Under the pieces are notes generated by a model. That model was given only the letters and a program-made list of their open reading frames with translations. It was not told the origin of the DNA and did no database searches. A DNA stretch of 64,000 bases from Lama glama. Lineage: Eukaryota. A program made the position numbers and the translations under genes. How positions within the stretch are numbered: the first letter of the stretch is position 1; each line of letters starts with the position of its first letter. The stretch lies in the NCBI GenBank assembly GCA_028534125.1, contig CM052818.1, positions 13,208,001 through 13,272,000 of the forward strand, given 5' to 3'. This document shows, one piece after another, positions 12,301 through 28,645 of the stretch.

Positions 12301-15071
12301 TCTCTTCCAAAGTACCCTCATACGTACACTTAATTCAGTCAGTTCCTCCCATGGCGCCACAGCCAGGGCGATTCTGGTCAGGTCCTGTCACAATGAAGCA
12401 GCCTGCCTGGCTAATCAACATAAGAGAGGTGCCCATCACCAACAAGGAGCACTGCCAGAGACAAATCCTTCAGAGTTCTTCATGGCATCCCCCTCACACA
12501 CCCTTTCTCTGCTCTTTTCACTCTCTCTCCTCTCCTTCCTGTAAGCTGACTCTCCCCTCGCTTTCCTGTGAGTCACGTGGAAGCCATCATCTGCAGAAAT
12601 GACTAACGACCTGTCTTTCAGGGTCCTCTTGTTCTGCTTAGGTGAATGGGTGAATTGGCACTTGCTGTCTAAGGAAACAGAAGAGATGCTGAATTAATGA
12701 GCATGGTTAATTCGAATTCTCAAGAGGGGTTCAACAGACCAGGCTGCTCAGAACAGAAACTTGCAACTCAGATATTCTGACCTTTTAAATGCCGTCAAAC
12801 GTGTAATGCAAGTGTACTGTACTTCTGCCTATGGTAGCATAAATCAGAATAACTGGCTTCATTAGTTATTGTTTGCAGTCAGCTGAGTTATTAAAAAACA
12901 CAACTCCTTGAGCAGTTGGTGTTGCCATCTGGCCCATCCCCTTGCTCCCGGTCTCTTTCCTTCTGTTTCTCGCCGTCCAGAAGCTGACACTTCTCCAGAC
13001 ACAGAGCATTCTGGCTGTGAAGACAAGCGGATGTGTGAGGACAGGACGAAGGTCAGCCCATCTTCACACGACTGTTTATCTGGAAGGCATGTGGCCTGGA
13101 GTGGGGAGAGTCTGTGTGGGAGGAAGAAGGGTAGTCGGGCCACTGCTCTCAGGCTAGAAGCAGGAATATTCCTTCTGCTAAGGATGTATTTCAGTATTTG
13201 TTCATCCAGCTGTGAATTGTGCACCATCTATCCCAATCAGAGGTTCCCAGACAACAGATCTGAGCTCCCCTCCTGGATCTCCAGGTCTTCTCCACTACCT
13301 CCCTAAGCTGGAGTCTACTGATGTCCACTTTGTCTCATTCACCACTGCAGGTCTCTGGTTTTCTGGACTTTCCAACAGGAATGGGAGAAAACTGATTCCC
13401 TATTCCATTAGGGTCTGTATTGTTAACAGCACCCCTGCATCAGGCACCTTTCAAGTCTAGAAGATTACGTGTCTTCTTTATTAGAATGATGCCGTGCCCT
13501 GGCATCAGCTGGATTCTAGTCCTCTACTAACTGGCAATTGCCTTGGGCAATTCACTGAGCATCTCTGGAAGTCAATCTTCTCAGTCAGAAAATGGGATGG
13601 TTGAAGTGGATAAAACGGAGAGTACTTTACAGCTCAGAGTTTTATGATTCCGTGACTTCCTGAACTAAATACAATGTTAGTGTCCTAATCTCTATTTTTT
13701 AGCATTAAAATAAACATTCTCAATTAACTGAATAAAAAAATACAATACATACACATGCATCTATGCCCCCAAACGCAATTGCTGTTTCTTACCATTTTTT
13801 AGCCAACTAGCAATTATGGACATTCGGTAAGCTGTAGCTGCACACAATCCAGGTCAGGGAGGTCCCCTAAAAGCTAAAGACCCCTCAGTAACTGGAAGAA
13901 AGACGAGATGACCTTGCAGTTTCCTTTAGAATCAAGACTAGAAGACAAAATTCTGAGTTTAACAATGAGAACACCTGACTAGAAAAGCCAACTCACTCAG
14001 GAAGCATCAGAGACCATCGAATTTCTGGTCATCAAAAGGTAACCAAAACATTCTACTTCTCACCCATAGCAGCAGGCAAAAGTGGTGCTATAAATATTTT
14101 GTTTGCAAGATTTTTAAATGTAAGGATTTACTTTCCTTTATGTAGCGGAAAATAAAAGTGAAGAGGGGATGAAAAGGGCATTCAGTATCTTCAAAGTCAA
14201 TATATTTAATGTGTAACTAAGTATGTGCGCAAGAACACTAAATACAGGGCGCCTGTGAGAAAGAGAAGCAGATAATTGAAACACAGACCCAACCTTTCTC
14301 CTTAACATATCCTGTCTCATAGAAAAGCCTACAGAAGACCTAAAAAACTAAGGCTCTGGAGAAGACGAAAACTAAATTATTCCTTAAGTTTTCATTTATC
14401 TATAATCGAATGTGTGCCTAATTTCAATCCCGGTCCAAGACCAAGTCCCAAGACTTTTTGTGCCCTTCCACAGTGATCAAGTACAGAAGCTCTATAATAC
14501 ATTTAAGTCTTTGTTACATGAAAACTGTAAATGGCCCACTGTGTGTGAATAACCCAGTTATTGTCTTATCTTAAGGAGGACAAACCAGAACTGCCTTTAT
14601 AAGGACAATTAAGCAACCTGCTACCCTCTGCCATTTTCTCTTTTCTAAACACCTCTTCTGCCTCTGTGGCCGCAGGATCCCAAGCCTCAGAAAGAGCAGC
14701 CACTCTTTCTACTGGAAACCCTCAAGTGGCTCTAAAGAGGAAGCAATTGATGTCAGGAGCAGCAGTAACCTGAACCTCACTCTTGTGCAGATTAGAGACT
14801 CTTATAAATGAGAGTTGAGATTTCATGTCTATTCTCAAGTGTCCCATGGTCTACTCCTGATAACGAATCTCAAATTTCCTAGAACTCTTGAAAATCAGCT
14901 GATTTTAGAAAATGAAACTACTCTCTAATACTTCTCAGAATCAAACTTAAAATAAGTATTTGTCTTCCAATGTGCACAATTCTTGCCATAAATATTAAGC
15001 ATTAAATTAGTAGTAAGGGCAACTTGGTTGTTCCAAAGTACCCAAGAAGCAAATATTGCTGAGTTTTTACC

Positions 15072-15500
15072 CAGGGCTCCCTGCTCTCCAAAAGCAGAGC
15101 ATTGGTATGCAACCTTTTGTAAGCTGAAATGGTGTAAAGTGAAGCAGCAATCACCTTAGGACCCATCTTGCTAACAGATGCACAAAGTAAATCGAGATAA
15201 AGCACAGGTGTTCACAGTTTACAGCCATGGCCGCTTGATGCTGAGTGTGGTTCTCAGGGAAGGAGCCAGATGGGGCGCCTCTTGCTGCTGCCCTGGGTGC
15301 GAGCTGCCTGTACAATGGTTCACTGCGAAACAAACGCTGAACGCTATTATTTGCTTTTAGTTTTTTTTTTTTAAGTAAAATTGAAAATCCTCTTTAGATT
15401 TATTTTGATTAGCGAAAACAGGTTACTAAGGTAGGTTTTTGGTAAAAAAAAAAAAAACCAAGTAGCGTAAAGCAAACTTTTGAAAAGCGGGGAATAACTG
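15072..15500 (-). mobile_element. TcMar-Tigger non-autonomous DNA transposon (Tigger6-like)
   Basis: Degenerate inverted termini cagggctccctgct / agcggggaataactg. CpG-containing internal sequence typical of the family. Confidence 0.6.
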
Positions 15501-17760
15501 AAGTATCTCTGTGATACAGGTACCTGAAATATAGTCAAGACCCAGAAAATAAGCAAAAACGAACTTTTTCAGCCCAAATACTGGCATATGGACCATGTAC
15601 TAAAAGCTCATGCACCTTACACATAGAAGGATACTTCAAGGCCACTTACTCTTATTTTAAACCTAGTTCTAATCAGTGTGGTTATCCATTTTTCACAAGG
15701 TATGGTCAGCCATTAGAAACAGCAGGAAAGAATTTAGAAATAATGAGAAAATGAGATAAAATCAAGCCAACTGAGGGCAGTAAGGAATACTGCTGACAGC
15801 TTGCTAGGACGAGATGTGACTGAAAAATTGCTTAAAAGTAGATATTGAAAAGAAAAAAAAAAATAGCCATCTGGGGCCATTTAATGTAGGGACTTCCAGC
15901 TCCACCTAGATTCAGAGTCTCTAAGGCCACTCAACATCAGAAGTAGCCAAAATTTGAGAAATATTAGAGCCTAGAGTCATACATTTCAGCACACACTGGC
16001 CCATTGGCGCTACACAAATAAAGCTTTTTTTAAGCTTTTGCAAAATTTTGCTTCACACTCATTTCTGAGCAGTGGAGCCTGACCAACATGATCCCTAGGC
16101 TGATGCCTCCAGAATAATCTATCATTACTCTGAGTAAATGTAGAGCATTACAGCAAATCACTGTGTCTGTACTTATTTGACACTTGTGAAAATTTGCTAC
16201 CTGATGAATTGGAATACTCACCATAGCTTTCATTTTAAGTTAGGCTTTTTCTAAATTATTTCAGTTAGAAAAGATAAAGGCATCCCTGGTTCAATGGTAT
16301 TTTTTCTACTATGTATATCTTCTGAAAAGTTGTAATAGGTCCCAAAATACACATATTTAATTAATTTCAATTTAGTCCAAAGGGCACAACCATAATCCGC
16401 TGAAAGGGACTCCTCTTTGACTTCAAAGCAGCAACTGACTTATGTGACTGAACATGAATGCATCTGAACCTTTGTTTGCTGAACAGAATCAACCGAGTAT
16501 CTGGCATCGTTCAGATGCAATATTAAAGTTATTAAGATATATACACACATACAACATACAGATGATATAATCTCTTAAAAAAAAATTAAAATGGTCCCCT
16601 AGATAAAAAGAATGTTGACAGCTTTGTGCTGTTATTGCCAGGGCAACTGAAAACCTTACATTCTCCTAGAAATTACCTAAGCCATCAAAGTTTTCCAGTA
16701 ATAGTTTGCCTCTCAGATACTTCACAATACCTTAAACTGTATTTCCAATAGTAAGCATTCTATGTATTAAATCAAAATGTATTCTTAAGATAAATGCAGA
16801 ACACTTTGCACAAACAGGTCTAGTACAATCGACTGTATTTTTCAGAACTTCTTAGAATTGATGTCCTATCAAAGTGTATATAAGGCTACTGAATTACCAT
16901 ATTAAAGCCTGAGGATCAAAAACTATTATCTAGTTCTTTAACCATCTACGTGTCAGTTCACACAAGAGAAAACACACTCAGAGGATCTCACTTAAAATCA
17001 GTTCTATAGTATTCTGTAACTGTAACTGCTGAAATTTTTCTCCCAAGAGACATTCAATTTCTACCATCCAAATTCATTAAGTGATAGTCTGACTTTTTCT
17101 AAGCAAAATAAAAGATTTATGAGAGCAATCACTCATGCTATAGTGCACCACTACTTAATTTACAGACAACCTTCAGAAAAAGACCCTGCTGGGTTCTTCC
17201 ACACACAGGTTATTTTACCCCTAGCAGACAATGGGCCATTTTTGTGTTATCAGTGTCTTTCGTTTACTCATTAGTAACCTCAACAGAGAATAAGGAGCAG
17301 TATTAAAATTCAGGGAAAAACCTATAACCTGGGAGACCTGAAATGTAGTGTTCTTTCGTGGGAAATACTCATGACTATTGCAGGTGCTGCGTGATCTACA
17401 TGCACCATGAGCATCCCCTGTGCACAGGTTAGAAACCCCTTTGCTTCCTTGTCCATCTGGATACGAAGGCTTTAAAAAGTAGTTTTGAACTACTCATATG
17501 TCAGAGTTTCCCCCAAATTAACCTAAAAATCCTGCCCATCAAAAACTCAGATTTTTAACCCATACTTCCAAAGAAGTACATGATCAGATAGCCTTAGTCT
17601 GGGGTGAGAGAAGTGAAGTTTTACAGTACCTGCTGGGCCACTCCTTCTCAGTCCTGGAGTTCAGCAAAGGAAAGAAGTTCACTTTCTTCTTCCCAGGAAG
17701 CTTGAGCGCTTAACGGCGTCACTCACACCAACCTATCTTCCCCAACAGCCACGCCCCTAG

Positions 17761-17937
17761 GCCAATGGTTTCCACCTGGTCTGCTCATTGGAATCACCTG
17801 AGGGGCTCTTTTCACAGCGTGCCCAGGCCCAGCGCCAGACCAATTCAACGTGCATCTGAGCGTGGGATCCAGGCACCAGTGTTTTTTCAAACTCAGCCTG
17901 GTGATTTTAATCTGCAGCCAAATTGAAAAACACTGCT
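17761..17937. mobile_element. MER5A-like hAT-Charlie MITE
   Basis: ttggaatcacctgagg...ggtgattttaatctgcagccaaattgaaaaacactg. Confidence 0.65.
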
Positions 17938-17944
17938 CTATAGT

Positions 17945-18158
17945 AGTGATTTTTTTAAAACCAGGGGCAATTTTGCCAGCTCTCTCCCCCAGGAACATTT
18001 GGCAGCAGCATCTGGAGACATTTTTAATTATTACCACTGGGCGTTGTGTATGGGTAGAACCCAGGATGCTGCTGTTTCCCCTCTACAATGCACAAACAAC
18101 CCCTCACAAGGAATGACCCAGTCCCAAGTGCCAACAGTGCCACTGTGGAGAAATCCTG
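17945..18158. mobile_element. MER20-like hAT-Charlie element
   Basis: ggggcaattttgcc...caggaacatttggca...tctggagacattttt...ccaggatgctgct...gtggagaaatcctg. Confidence 0.7.
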
Positions 18159-21100
18159 TTCAAGAGAAAAAGGTGGAGGGAGAAATAGCCAGTTCCTTCT
18201 ATCTCTAAACATACTCTCAAAAAAGAAGAAAAGCAGCAAGAAGTAGCTTTCAGGAGGAAGGCTTACAACCCTGACACTCCATCCAGCAAAGCCAAGTGTA
18301 GTTCAACATGGACCTTGTCTAACAGGTGAATGACTTTCTCACGTGTGCTCTCATTCGCCAGGGTGATGCTGAAGGAGGGCGTGAAGCATGTTCACTGGAA
18401 TACACACTAAGATGGAAGAGTAAATTAGATCCAACAGGATAATTAGTAAGGTTTTTTTTTTAAAAGAAAGAAGATAATAAGGAGCAATGTCTCTTCTATT
18501 TAGTCTTTCTCAGTTGCTGGTAACGAGCTATATGTGCCTCTAGAAATAAAACTTATTACTTTATCTGGATTCAAACTGTCCAGTGGGTGAACTACCTATA
18601 AGGGCCTCTGATCATCAGAATCATCTTTGGCTAGAAGTTCAACAACAGAGCTACTGCTAGAAGAACTTGAGTCTTTCATGACATTCTGATGAGAGCTAAA
18701 AAGTTATCTGTTAAAAAGCAAAGATCTGCCAGCTAGTATCTGGAAGAAAACCCCTGAATTGCATTGCAAAAGGGTATACTTCCACCTAAAAAATTTAGCC
18801 CAATCTTGGATGTCAATAAATCCCCCATTCTCAAACAGTTAAGGCTATCAGTCTGTGTACAATTATACCAAGAAGGGGCTATTCAATAACTTACTTTACA
18901 AATCTGGAATACAGCAAGTAACTTGAATAAACAGACAAATGCCTTAATGTCTAGATGTGATACTAGACATTGAATCCACTTCCTCTTTGCAAATGGAACT
19001 CTACACATTGAAAATATTTAAATAATTTCTTTAAAAAAGTAAATACATGCATGAGCATTTTGTTCAATTCACAGTTTTTTTCTGTTTTGTCTTTGCTTTT
19101 TTTTTTTTAATCAGCTACTAATTTAAAAATGGCTATATAGGTGTGGGTATTTTTAAGAGAGAAAAAATGCCTAAAATTCTTCTTTGGATCCAGTTGGAAA
19201 TTAAGCCAAATGTCTCAAGCAAAGGAAGCTCCTGGACATCAAGTTTATCAACTACTTCGTCCAGAGAGTTTATACTAAAAGCGCAAGAAGATTTAAAAGA
19301 TGCTCAAGGCACAGTCAAGACAGCAATCAACATCACTGATGTTCCCCCAGTGTGTATCTGTGTCTTTTTGGAGGGAATGTATATCCTTACAGGAGGACAA
19401 TATCCTACCAATATGTATCATCTCTATTTCATTCTGCCATAACATAGATACTCTTCCAAACTTTCACCTGCTTTTTGTTCATGCAGAAACATTCAAGTGC
19501 TCATCCAAAACACTCATCTTTCACACCAACCCCCAGCAGTATGACTCCGTAAATGACTCAGCAAATCTGCAATTTGGGATTTACCAGGCTGCTGGTTCCT
19601 TTCTGCTTATAAGCCAATAATTTAACCAAAGTGTGTGGGGATTTAAAAACATGAAGGAACCACGTCTTACCATCCATATCAAAAATTAATTTGTAACAGC
19701 AGGATAAACACAAGCTACCAGTACCCAAGTTCATAGGCTGATGATCCATAAGTATTTCCTCGTGCCTCTTCATTTTCTAATAAAAGCACAATGCAAAAGC
19801 ATTACACACACACTTTGGTGAGGGTATCAACTATCAGAAGATTTGTCACTTAAGAATGAGAAAACTGGAAGTAAACAAGAATTAAACTACAGTGTCATTC
19901 TAAATGACACATCCATGCTACATCAAATTTTTGACTAAACGGAACCATTGAATTTAAAAAAACATTTGCCTGACTGAAATTTATCTGAACCCAGGCAATA
20001 AGATTCCATGATGTAATGTCATTCTTATCTAGGGATGGACCTTACTTTATGACAGCACTGCTTAAATACTGCCCCTGAAATCCTTTCTCTCAAGTTAAAT
20101 CATACATTGATTAAATTTAGAGAAGGTATTTCAATGAGCCCTTTTGTAAAGGAAAGGACCATTTTGTAAGTGAACCTATTCCTAAATAATTTTTTTTTGG
20201 TTCAAGATACAAACTTTCCTTAAAATAGTGCAAGCGTTTACTTCTCTTGCTCATTAAGTAATCAAGAAATGGAAAAGTCTTTAATTTTACCTCCTGTTAA
20301 CCCATTACCCCCTGAAGACAAGCTTCATGGCTAGTGACACACTATGTGATAGTAACACAACCAATATATCTTTGTAAATGACTTTCATCTCTTGGAGAAC
20401 TGCACAGCCAAGGTGGCTCACAGCAATCAGGGCAGCATCTCTGCCTCTCCTGGAAAGAGTGAGGGAGGGTGCACTTAAAGTAAAAGCCCTGGCCAGCCTG
20501 CCAGGAGGCCTCAACACAACAGGTGAATTGGCTTCTCCCAGTTTCCACCTCCCAAGATGCACAACGGAGAAAGCAGCAGTGTCCTGTCTTTCCCACTCTT
20601 TCTAGCTCCATCTGCGCTTAAAAGAACACTGGATGCATTAGAAGCCAAGCTTCAGGAGTCAATTTTCAGCACTATGAGTAAAGGATTAGGATGAAATGGA
20701 ATCCAACAGGTAAATCCCCAAGTACAATATTGAAAATTTACCCCTTCGTGTCACTGCTAAAATTGGCGGCCTCCACCACTGCTCAGAGCTGACTGCACAT
20801 AGAGTTTGGGGCAGCTTTCAAATAAAGTGAAAAAACCTCAGATATTCTGGATGCAGAAAACCCACTTTGTAAAACCAATCATTTTCATTCTAACTCAGCC
20901 ACAGATGACATAGAATTATGAGGATTCTTTTTTTTTTTTAAGAAATGAATTTTTTTCTGAGTTCAAAGTGGTTTCAGAACTAAGATACAGAAAAGGAAAC
21001 CTCTTCCAAAGGTTTAGAGTCAAGTTTAGAGCTGCCGCAGCAAATGCAGTGGATGTTACACTTTGGAAACCAAAGGAGCATCCAAACACATCTGTCCATT

Positions 21101-21787
21101 TTAAAGAGAAACATTTAAACAAGCAGAAAGGTATCTTGCAGTGTAAAAGAGCAGGCTATTCAGAATATGTTTAAGGGAGTTTGGTAAGAGGGTTGGGTGG
21201 GTTTTGAGTGAGCAGGGAAGGAAACCATTTGATGCATTTAAGATGCAAAGGGAAGTCACGGATTCCTGCTAAGGCCCCCAAAACAATGGAAAACATCCTC
21301 AAGATAAAGGCAGGCATATTTGCAGGCATTCGGCAACCCAACATCCAGTCTGTTTAAGGACACCCTAGTTCTTTTTTAATGTTACTGATTTTCATAATAA
21401 ATACCCATTTCTTCTTGCACAGAAGCTGTTAATTGGATTCTAAAACCTCTGGTCACCTGTTCCAAGACAGCCCTGCATGAAACCGCACACAACCACAAAA
21501 ATGCTCCAGATAGAGCAATCTTAGATTCGTTCTGTTTTTATCCTCAGTGCCCACATATCTCACCCTGACTAATCAGGGTCTCATGGAATTACTGTTCCTC
21601 TCCTTCCCCTGCCCCCTCCACCCCAATCTTCCCCAGGCTAACTGAACGATAACTGTATAAACCAGAACAAATGGAGGGGGAGAAACACACATCTTGATCT
21701 GGGGGCAAATGTGCGCTCCTCTCCCCAATCCACGTCCAAGCCAGCGCCTGCACTTTCTAATGCGGCCGGAAAACCCTTGGTCATTCA

Positions 21788-23047
<1,260 letters not shown>

Positions 23048-23185
23048 TCACCAAAGCATTTAGGGGATAGTGATTATTATGGTTCTTTTACAGAAGAGGA
23101 AACTGGGCCCCACAAAGCTTCACTTGTTCAAGGTCATCCAGTCAGTCTTTAGGGACCAGGAAGTTAATTAATAGGAAATCAGTAT

Positions 23186-23224
23186 AAAACAAAACAAAAC
23201 AAAACAAAACAAAACAAAACAACA
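23186..23224 (+). repeat. (AAAAC)n microsatellite
   Basis: About 7 perfect units. Confidence 0.9.
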
Positions 23225-24598
23225 ACTCCCTCCCTTTATGGCCCTTCCCCGTAGAAGCCATACTGACTACTAATCTAAAGGAGGCCCCCTTCTAAGCTCA
23301 ACCAGGACCCCTTCGACTGCCCCTCTGTTGCACTTACAACTTCTAATCACATACGGCTGAGTGTGACTAGTAGTCAGGTCTCCATCCTCACCAGACCAGA
23401 CTCCGTTCATGAGAATGGAGAGCCCATCTTTCCTGTTTACCTCTTTATATCCAGAACACAGCACCCCCACTACAGATACCCAAAACCAAGGAATTCAAAA
23501 TTAACAGTGGACTCCCCATTTAGTCTCCATTCACACCTATAGTAAAGTAACTGTTTCTTAAAGCACCAGAGATTGGTGGGGGTGTAAAGGGGGCAGTGAG
23601 GGGGCAGCTGCCTAAGCTTTCCCCTGTTCCACAAAGCCTGAAAGCCTCTGGTCTTGTGACTGCCACCCAATCCAGAACCAGAGGTACTCTGAACCTAACC
23701 CTAACCCACCCTGCAGGGAGAGGCCTGTCAGCCCCCACCCCTTACCCTTCACCAGGGAAAATGAATCAACCCTCTGTCCAGGTCTGAAAGGCCTTCTTCT
23801 GCCTTCCTACCTTGAGCTCCCTCTGTGCCAGCTAATTGTGAACCCTGATTAGGTCTACCTCTCCAACTGGAAGATACTACCTTCTCCCATGTATGAACTT
23901 ACTTCAGAGGAGAGAGTCCTCTCATTAAGACTCCACCAGCCCTAGGACAGCTCCTGGTGTGCAGCAGCGCCAGGCCTGAGAGTGAATGAAGTAATGTTCC
24001 CACTCCCTGCTCAGTGCCTGTAAGACACCCTGGCTAGAGCACTCACTGGGCATCGGTATTTTTCTTTTCTTATGTAGATACCTTAGCTTCTGGAGCATAG
24101 AGTCCATTCTAATGTCTTTCTTTGCATACTTGACGCACCTAACTCAGTGCCTTGTAGACAGTGAATACATAGTATGTGTTTGTGGACTGACCAACCCCTT
24201 AAGCCCTAGGCCTGTGGCGAAAACAGGATACAGCTCTAGCTGCTGAGATTTCTTATGGTTGTTTTCAGCAAGCCCCTGCTGTGTTGGCGTCTACAGTGAT
24301 AAGAAATTATCCCTCGAAAGTGGGAAATCAGAAGCTGCATATCTTCTGCAAAAATAATACTAAACAAAATTAATCTTTTTCAGCTTCAAACATGATTTCA
24401 CATTTAGCTTAATCCTGGCATTTCATAGAAAGTTCAAGTCGTGCTCTTCTTCATCTAACTGAATTTCCATCTGAAAATATTTTCCTTTGACTATCCTACA
24501 ACTAGCCCTGATTTCTCCAGAACTGGGAAGTAAACAGGCCTTGAGCCACCAGGTGCTTCAAGGGGTTAACGCCCTTTCCAAATGGAGTGAAATATACA

Positions 24599-24790
24599 CA
24601 GTTGACTCCTGAACAAGCCGAGTTAGGGGTGCCAACCCTTGGTGAAGTTGAAAAGCCATATAACTTATAGTCAGCTCTCCACATACCAGATCTGCAATCA
24701 CGATTCAACCAACAGTGGATAGTGTAGCACTACAGTATTTCCTGTCGAAAATATCCCTATGTAAGTGGACCCGCACAGTTCAAACCATTT
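24599..24790 (+). mobile_element. TcMar-Tigger element (Tigger2a/MER8-like), 3'-clipped
   Basis: cagttgactcctgaacaa...ttaggggtgccaaccc...gtaagtggacccgcacagttcaaacc. Confidence 0.7.
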
Positions 24791-27700
24791 TCTCATCTGC
24801 TAAATGGTAATATTAATTCCACAGGAGGTTTGATGAAGATTATATAATATAGACGAAAAGGATGGATTCCTGAGAACCATGTTTGTGCACTGCTGAGCAC
24901 ATACCAATACTCAGAACACTCTGGCCTGGAATTTTAGGGGATCTGGGGCGATGAAATCTCTATAAATTTGTTATCTGCAGCACATTAATTTCCCTCCTTA
25001 CTCCCCTACACACCAAGTCCCCACTCTGCAATGATGGAAAAATAAATTAAAACAATTCTTTAACCACAGATACACTACTTGAGAGCCTTAAGTATGAAAT
25101 TTGGGATGATATGAATTTCAAGTGATTATGGATTTAATCTTCTGAAAGCCCACTTTAGACAGATGGATAACATCTAGTGGCCTGCAGCAATGTTAAAAGG
25201 ACACTTATTGTTTTGAAAAAGAAAGTCCAAGTCTTCAAGTGACACATTTCAAGAAGCTGGCTCACAAGGTTATTATCAAGCTGGTTGCTTAGCTGTTCAT
25301 TAGAAGGCAAAGGAAATAGGTTAAAATTGGATAGTAAATAATATTTGCAAGAATAATAATAGGAAGAAGGAGCTGTAATAAAACTGAATGGGCCAATACT
25401 CGCCCCCTTCTACCGTATCTAGAATTCTGAGAAGTACAGCTGACACTTGAACAACATGGTTTGTCAAACTCCAAAACCTTTATTTCCCTACTGCCCCACC
25501 CTGCACTACCTCCTAAATGTTTAAACACAAACAAGTCAGCCAGTGCTTGGACAGAGTCCCAGCCTCTCAAAGGAACAGAACTAATGCTCCCATCCCCCCA
25601 TGTCTACAGCCACAGTAGCACCTAGTAGCCTTGGAAATATTTAGATGCAGTTTCAAAGGCAGCTCCCAGAAAGAAGCATAAGAAAAGCGTTATGCCTTTA
25701 ATCACCCTAAATTTACAGTCTTCCCCTTAGAGTCTCAAACCATCAGAGGTCAAAATGAAAATTCTCTTCCTTCCAGTTAAACCAAAATGAATAAAAAATA
25801 TACTGTCATCTATTCAGTCAATCACACTTATGCATCACTCTGGTGTCCAGGGAAGCTGTGAGCCAAGCTGATGAAAATAAGGGAGAAGGCTGGCCCTTAA
25901 CAGGGCTTTAGCACAGCCCCCAAAGGGTGGGCCAGATGCCTTGCAGGGGCCACCCCTGTCACTGCCTCAGGATGATGGGATGAGGAGCAGAGGCTGCACT
26001 GGAATGTCACCAGCCCCCATCGATTTCCAAACTTGGTAAGGAGATGGACTGGAAAGTCTTTTCATTCTAGGGCATGAATCTAGACCACAAGGAGACGCTC
26101 CCTCTTGAGGTATAACCACTTTTAACTGCTAACAGGTATTTCTCTAAATGAGGTTACTGGAATGAAGACCAGGTCCTCCCCGACCCTGCCCCTCAACCGC
26201 CCACCACTCTCACATAGACCCACCAGCATAGTCAATCCACACAACCTATAAGAATTTTCAAGTATTTCTAAGCTCTTGTGTCAATGCTCCATACTATAAA
26301 AAATCTCTAGTAAATTAATTACAAACTCTTTCAAGTCACATTATAGTTCAAACCATGGAAGAAGGTTAAACTGGAGGGTTATAAATTATACTTGTGGCCA
26401 GCTTTGCCTAAGAAATCTGGGAGATGCACAGCTATACATACACTTATGTGTGGTTTCCCGGTAACAGTAACTACCATTTTTTGTAGTCAAGTCCAGAATT
26501 CAACCTTCCCATACATTATCATAATTTATTGTCACAACACCCTAGGAGATGGTTATCCATTTTCATTTTACTGATTAGTAAAATGAGGCTCTGAGAAATT
26601 AATTACCTAAGCTCACCCTCCTGGCAAATGAGGATTCTAGATGCTAACCTACCTCTGAGATGATCTTCCCACTACACTGGCCTGCCTCTAATCCCCCAAG
26701 AGTCTGGTACTTAATAAATACTCCATTAGTAATGAATTAAACCAAAGGAGAGAGTAAGCCTTGGGACTTTTCTGCCTGTGAGTTCTCCCTAACTGAACCC
26801 ACACTTGGGACTTTATGACAGTCAGTCGGGCCCTTGGGAGGGCCATTTCCACTTGGGCTGGGCCCAGCACCCAGGTGAGTATCTGGTGGTGTTCTGCCCT
26901 TCCTGCTCCTCTTTGCCCCAGAATCCCAAGAGCCGGAGCACTGAGGCAATTAATTAAGAAAGCGTCCACTGCCTGAGAAGTGGGGTGGGAGTGCAAAAGC
27001 TACAAGAACAGCATGTGCCTGCGGGAATTTGCTCCCTGAGGTCCCTGCAGTGATTTCGTTTGTGTCTGGCTTCCTATAAACAAAAGAACAATGAGAGGAA
27101 GGAATACCAGGAGGCACCAGCACAAGCGGAGAGGAGAGGAAGTTTGTGGTACACTCGGTTAGGGCGGTTCCCCGCCACCCATGTGCTGCAGCCCAGCCGG
27201 CCCAGCAAACCGCTGGCTCACTCAGAACACTCCAAGGAGAAAAGAAAGTTGGTGGGGGCTTCGCGCTTTTTTTTTTTTTTTTTTTTTACTTTACTTTGCT
27301 TTTCTTTTGTTCTTTTCTTCCCCTTACAGCAGAGAAGGGAGGGCTGGCTCAATAGGAAAGCATCACTGGCTGACACTTGGGGTACCCTTTCAAAACCCTG
27401 TGCTTCCCACACTGAGTTCCTTTGCCCCTCCCCCCAAGCTAGATGAAATTATAATCAAATTGAGGGTAAATGGGGGCGCTCCGGCAATCCCAGATGACCC
27501 CAGCAGAACCAAGGAGAAGGAAAGCTTCGGGGGAGGTGGAAAGCTTTGGGGGAGGCAGAAAACTGAACGTGAAGGCAGAAGTAAGCTCCTCTGCACTGTG
27601 TGAAATAGCCTAGCTCTGAGGGTGGCGCGACTACTCCCCGGGCGCCCCGCCAGCCCCTCACTTCAGCATTGGCGCCCTTTCCTCACCCTCTGCCCCATGG

Positions 27701-27909
27701 AGAAGCCGCGGCGCCAGAGCAGCCATGTCGTATCTCCCATCCCCAACGGCAAAGCCGCCCTGGGCTCGCTCCTTCGCTTGCTTTTTCCCCTGCCTGGCTG
27801 TAACCCGTCTCCCCAAAACACTTTTTTTTCCCCGGCTTCCTAGGAAATTAAAGGTTCCGCGCGCCCATCGCCCCCGACCCAGCCTTTCAGCATCCTTGGC
27901 GCCCGCTCA

Positions 27910-28485
<576 letters not shown>

Positions 28486-28545
28486 TCAGCTGCACCGCCC
28501 GGGGGCCGCTAGGCTGGGGCGGCTGGGGTCGCGCTGGACCGCCAT
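28486..28545 (-). promoter_or_regulatory. Upstream ORF 2 (19 aa, MAVQRDPSRPSLAAPGRCS), same frame as the main CDS
   Basis: aggATGg one base after the uORF1 stop. TGA at 28488-28486. AUG is 168 nt upstream of the main ATG. Confidence 0.5.
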
Positions 28546-28546
28546 C

Positions 28547-28645
28547 CTACCTCGCCATCCCCGCGCGCGCGCCCGCGCACCCCCAGGGCCGGGCAGCCAC
28601 CCGCGCGCTGCGGCCGAGGAGCACCCCAACTCCACTCAAGTCCAT
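28547..28645 (-). promoter_or_regulatory. Upstream ORF 1 in presumed CCDC85A 5' UTR (32 aa, MDLSGVGVLLGRSARVAARPWGCAGARAGMAR), with internal in-frame AUG at 28558
   Basis: ctcaccATGg Kozak context at 28645 and TAG at 28549-28547. Assumes the TSS lies upstream of 28645. Confidence 0.55.

Noticed and set aside
12230..13400. Cluster of moderately long ORFs and GC-elevated sequence in intron 2
   Set aside because: No recognisable protein or convincing splice structure. May be an ancient repeat or enhancer but cannot be supported without a search.
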